A DNA stretch of 46,737 bases from Burkholderiales bacterium (GTDB lineage Bacteria; Pseudomonadota; Gammaproteobacteria; Burkholderiales; SG8-41). Location: assembly GCA_038106575.1 (NCBI GenBank), contig JAYOED010000004.1:7458-54194 (forward strand), written 5' to 3'. A program made the position numbers and the translations under genes. The stretch's first letter is position 1, and the number at the start of each line of letters is the position of its first letter. Below are positions 46,613 to 46,737 of this stretch, one piece after another. Below the pieces are notes generated by a model. That model was not told where the DNA came from, did no database searches, and saw only the letters and a program-made list of their open reading frames with translations.

Positions 46613-46737
46613 CGTGGGGTTTTGGGAGTGCGTTTGCGACCGCGGTAGCAGTCCTTTGCTGCGGTGTGGGTGTCATGTGCTGATTTTCGCAGCTATACTA
46701 TCACGGTGTTTTTTACCGGCGAACCGCGACCACAATG

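Noticed and set aside
1-46737. tRNA, rRNA, CRISPR array, transposase/integrase, prophage or defence genes
   Set aside because: None recognised by eye. The larger gaps are explained by pseudogene remnants or promoters; a small ncRNA cannot be excluded without a covariance search.

Overview
GC-rich bacterial DNA, most likely from a betaproteobacterium (inferred from the queG/tsaE/amiC/mutL/miaA neighbourhood and several Bug/TctC solute-binding genes). The left ~20 kb is mostly housekeeping: miaA (partial), mutL, pntAB, DUF3047, amiC, tsaE, queG, msrB, rbgA, bdhA, an M48 peptidase and an ABC-F. The right ~26 kb holds three regulator-free catabolic gene runs encoding CoA ligases, crotonases, a thiolase/DUF35 pair, GSTs, alpha/beta-hydrolases, a TauD-like dioxygenase, a CocE/NonD hydrolase, an OCD/mu-crystallin protein, an enolase-superfamily enzyme and MaoC+SDR. 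The best find is hidden by the ORF track. ORFs 17591-17875 and 17897-18124 are one reading frame joined by an in-frame TGA (17873-17875) in a GVGD-U-GSC motif, followed immediately by a long SECIS-like hairpin. This is a 177-aa UGSC-type selenoprotein in a two-gene, terminator-bounded operon with an uncharacterised 345-aa partner. Also notable are several enzymes with substituted catalytic motifs, four to five deletion-riddled gene remnants, and a recurring IHF-like motif in short AT-rich spacers. I saw no rRNA, tRNA, CRISPR array or transposase. All family calls come from reading motifs by eye, not from database searches.
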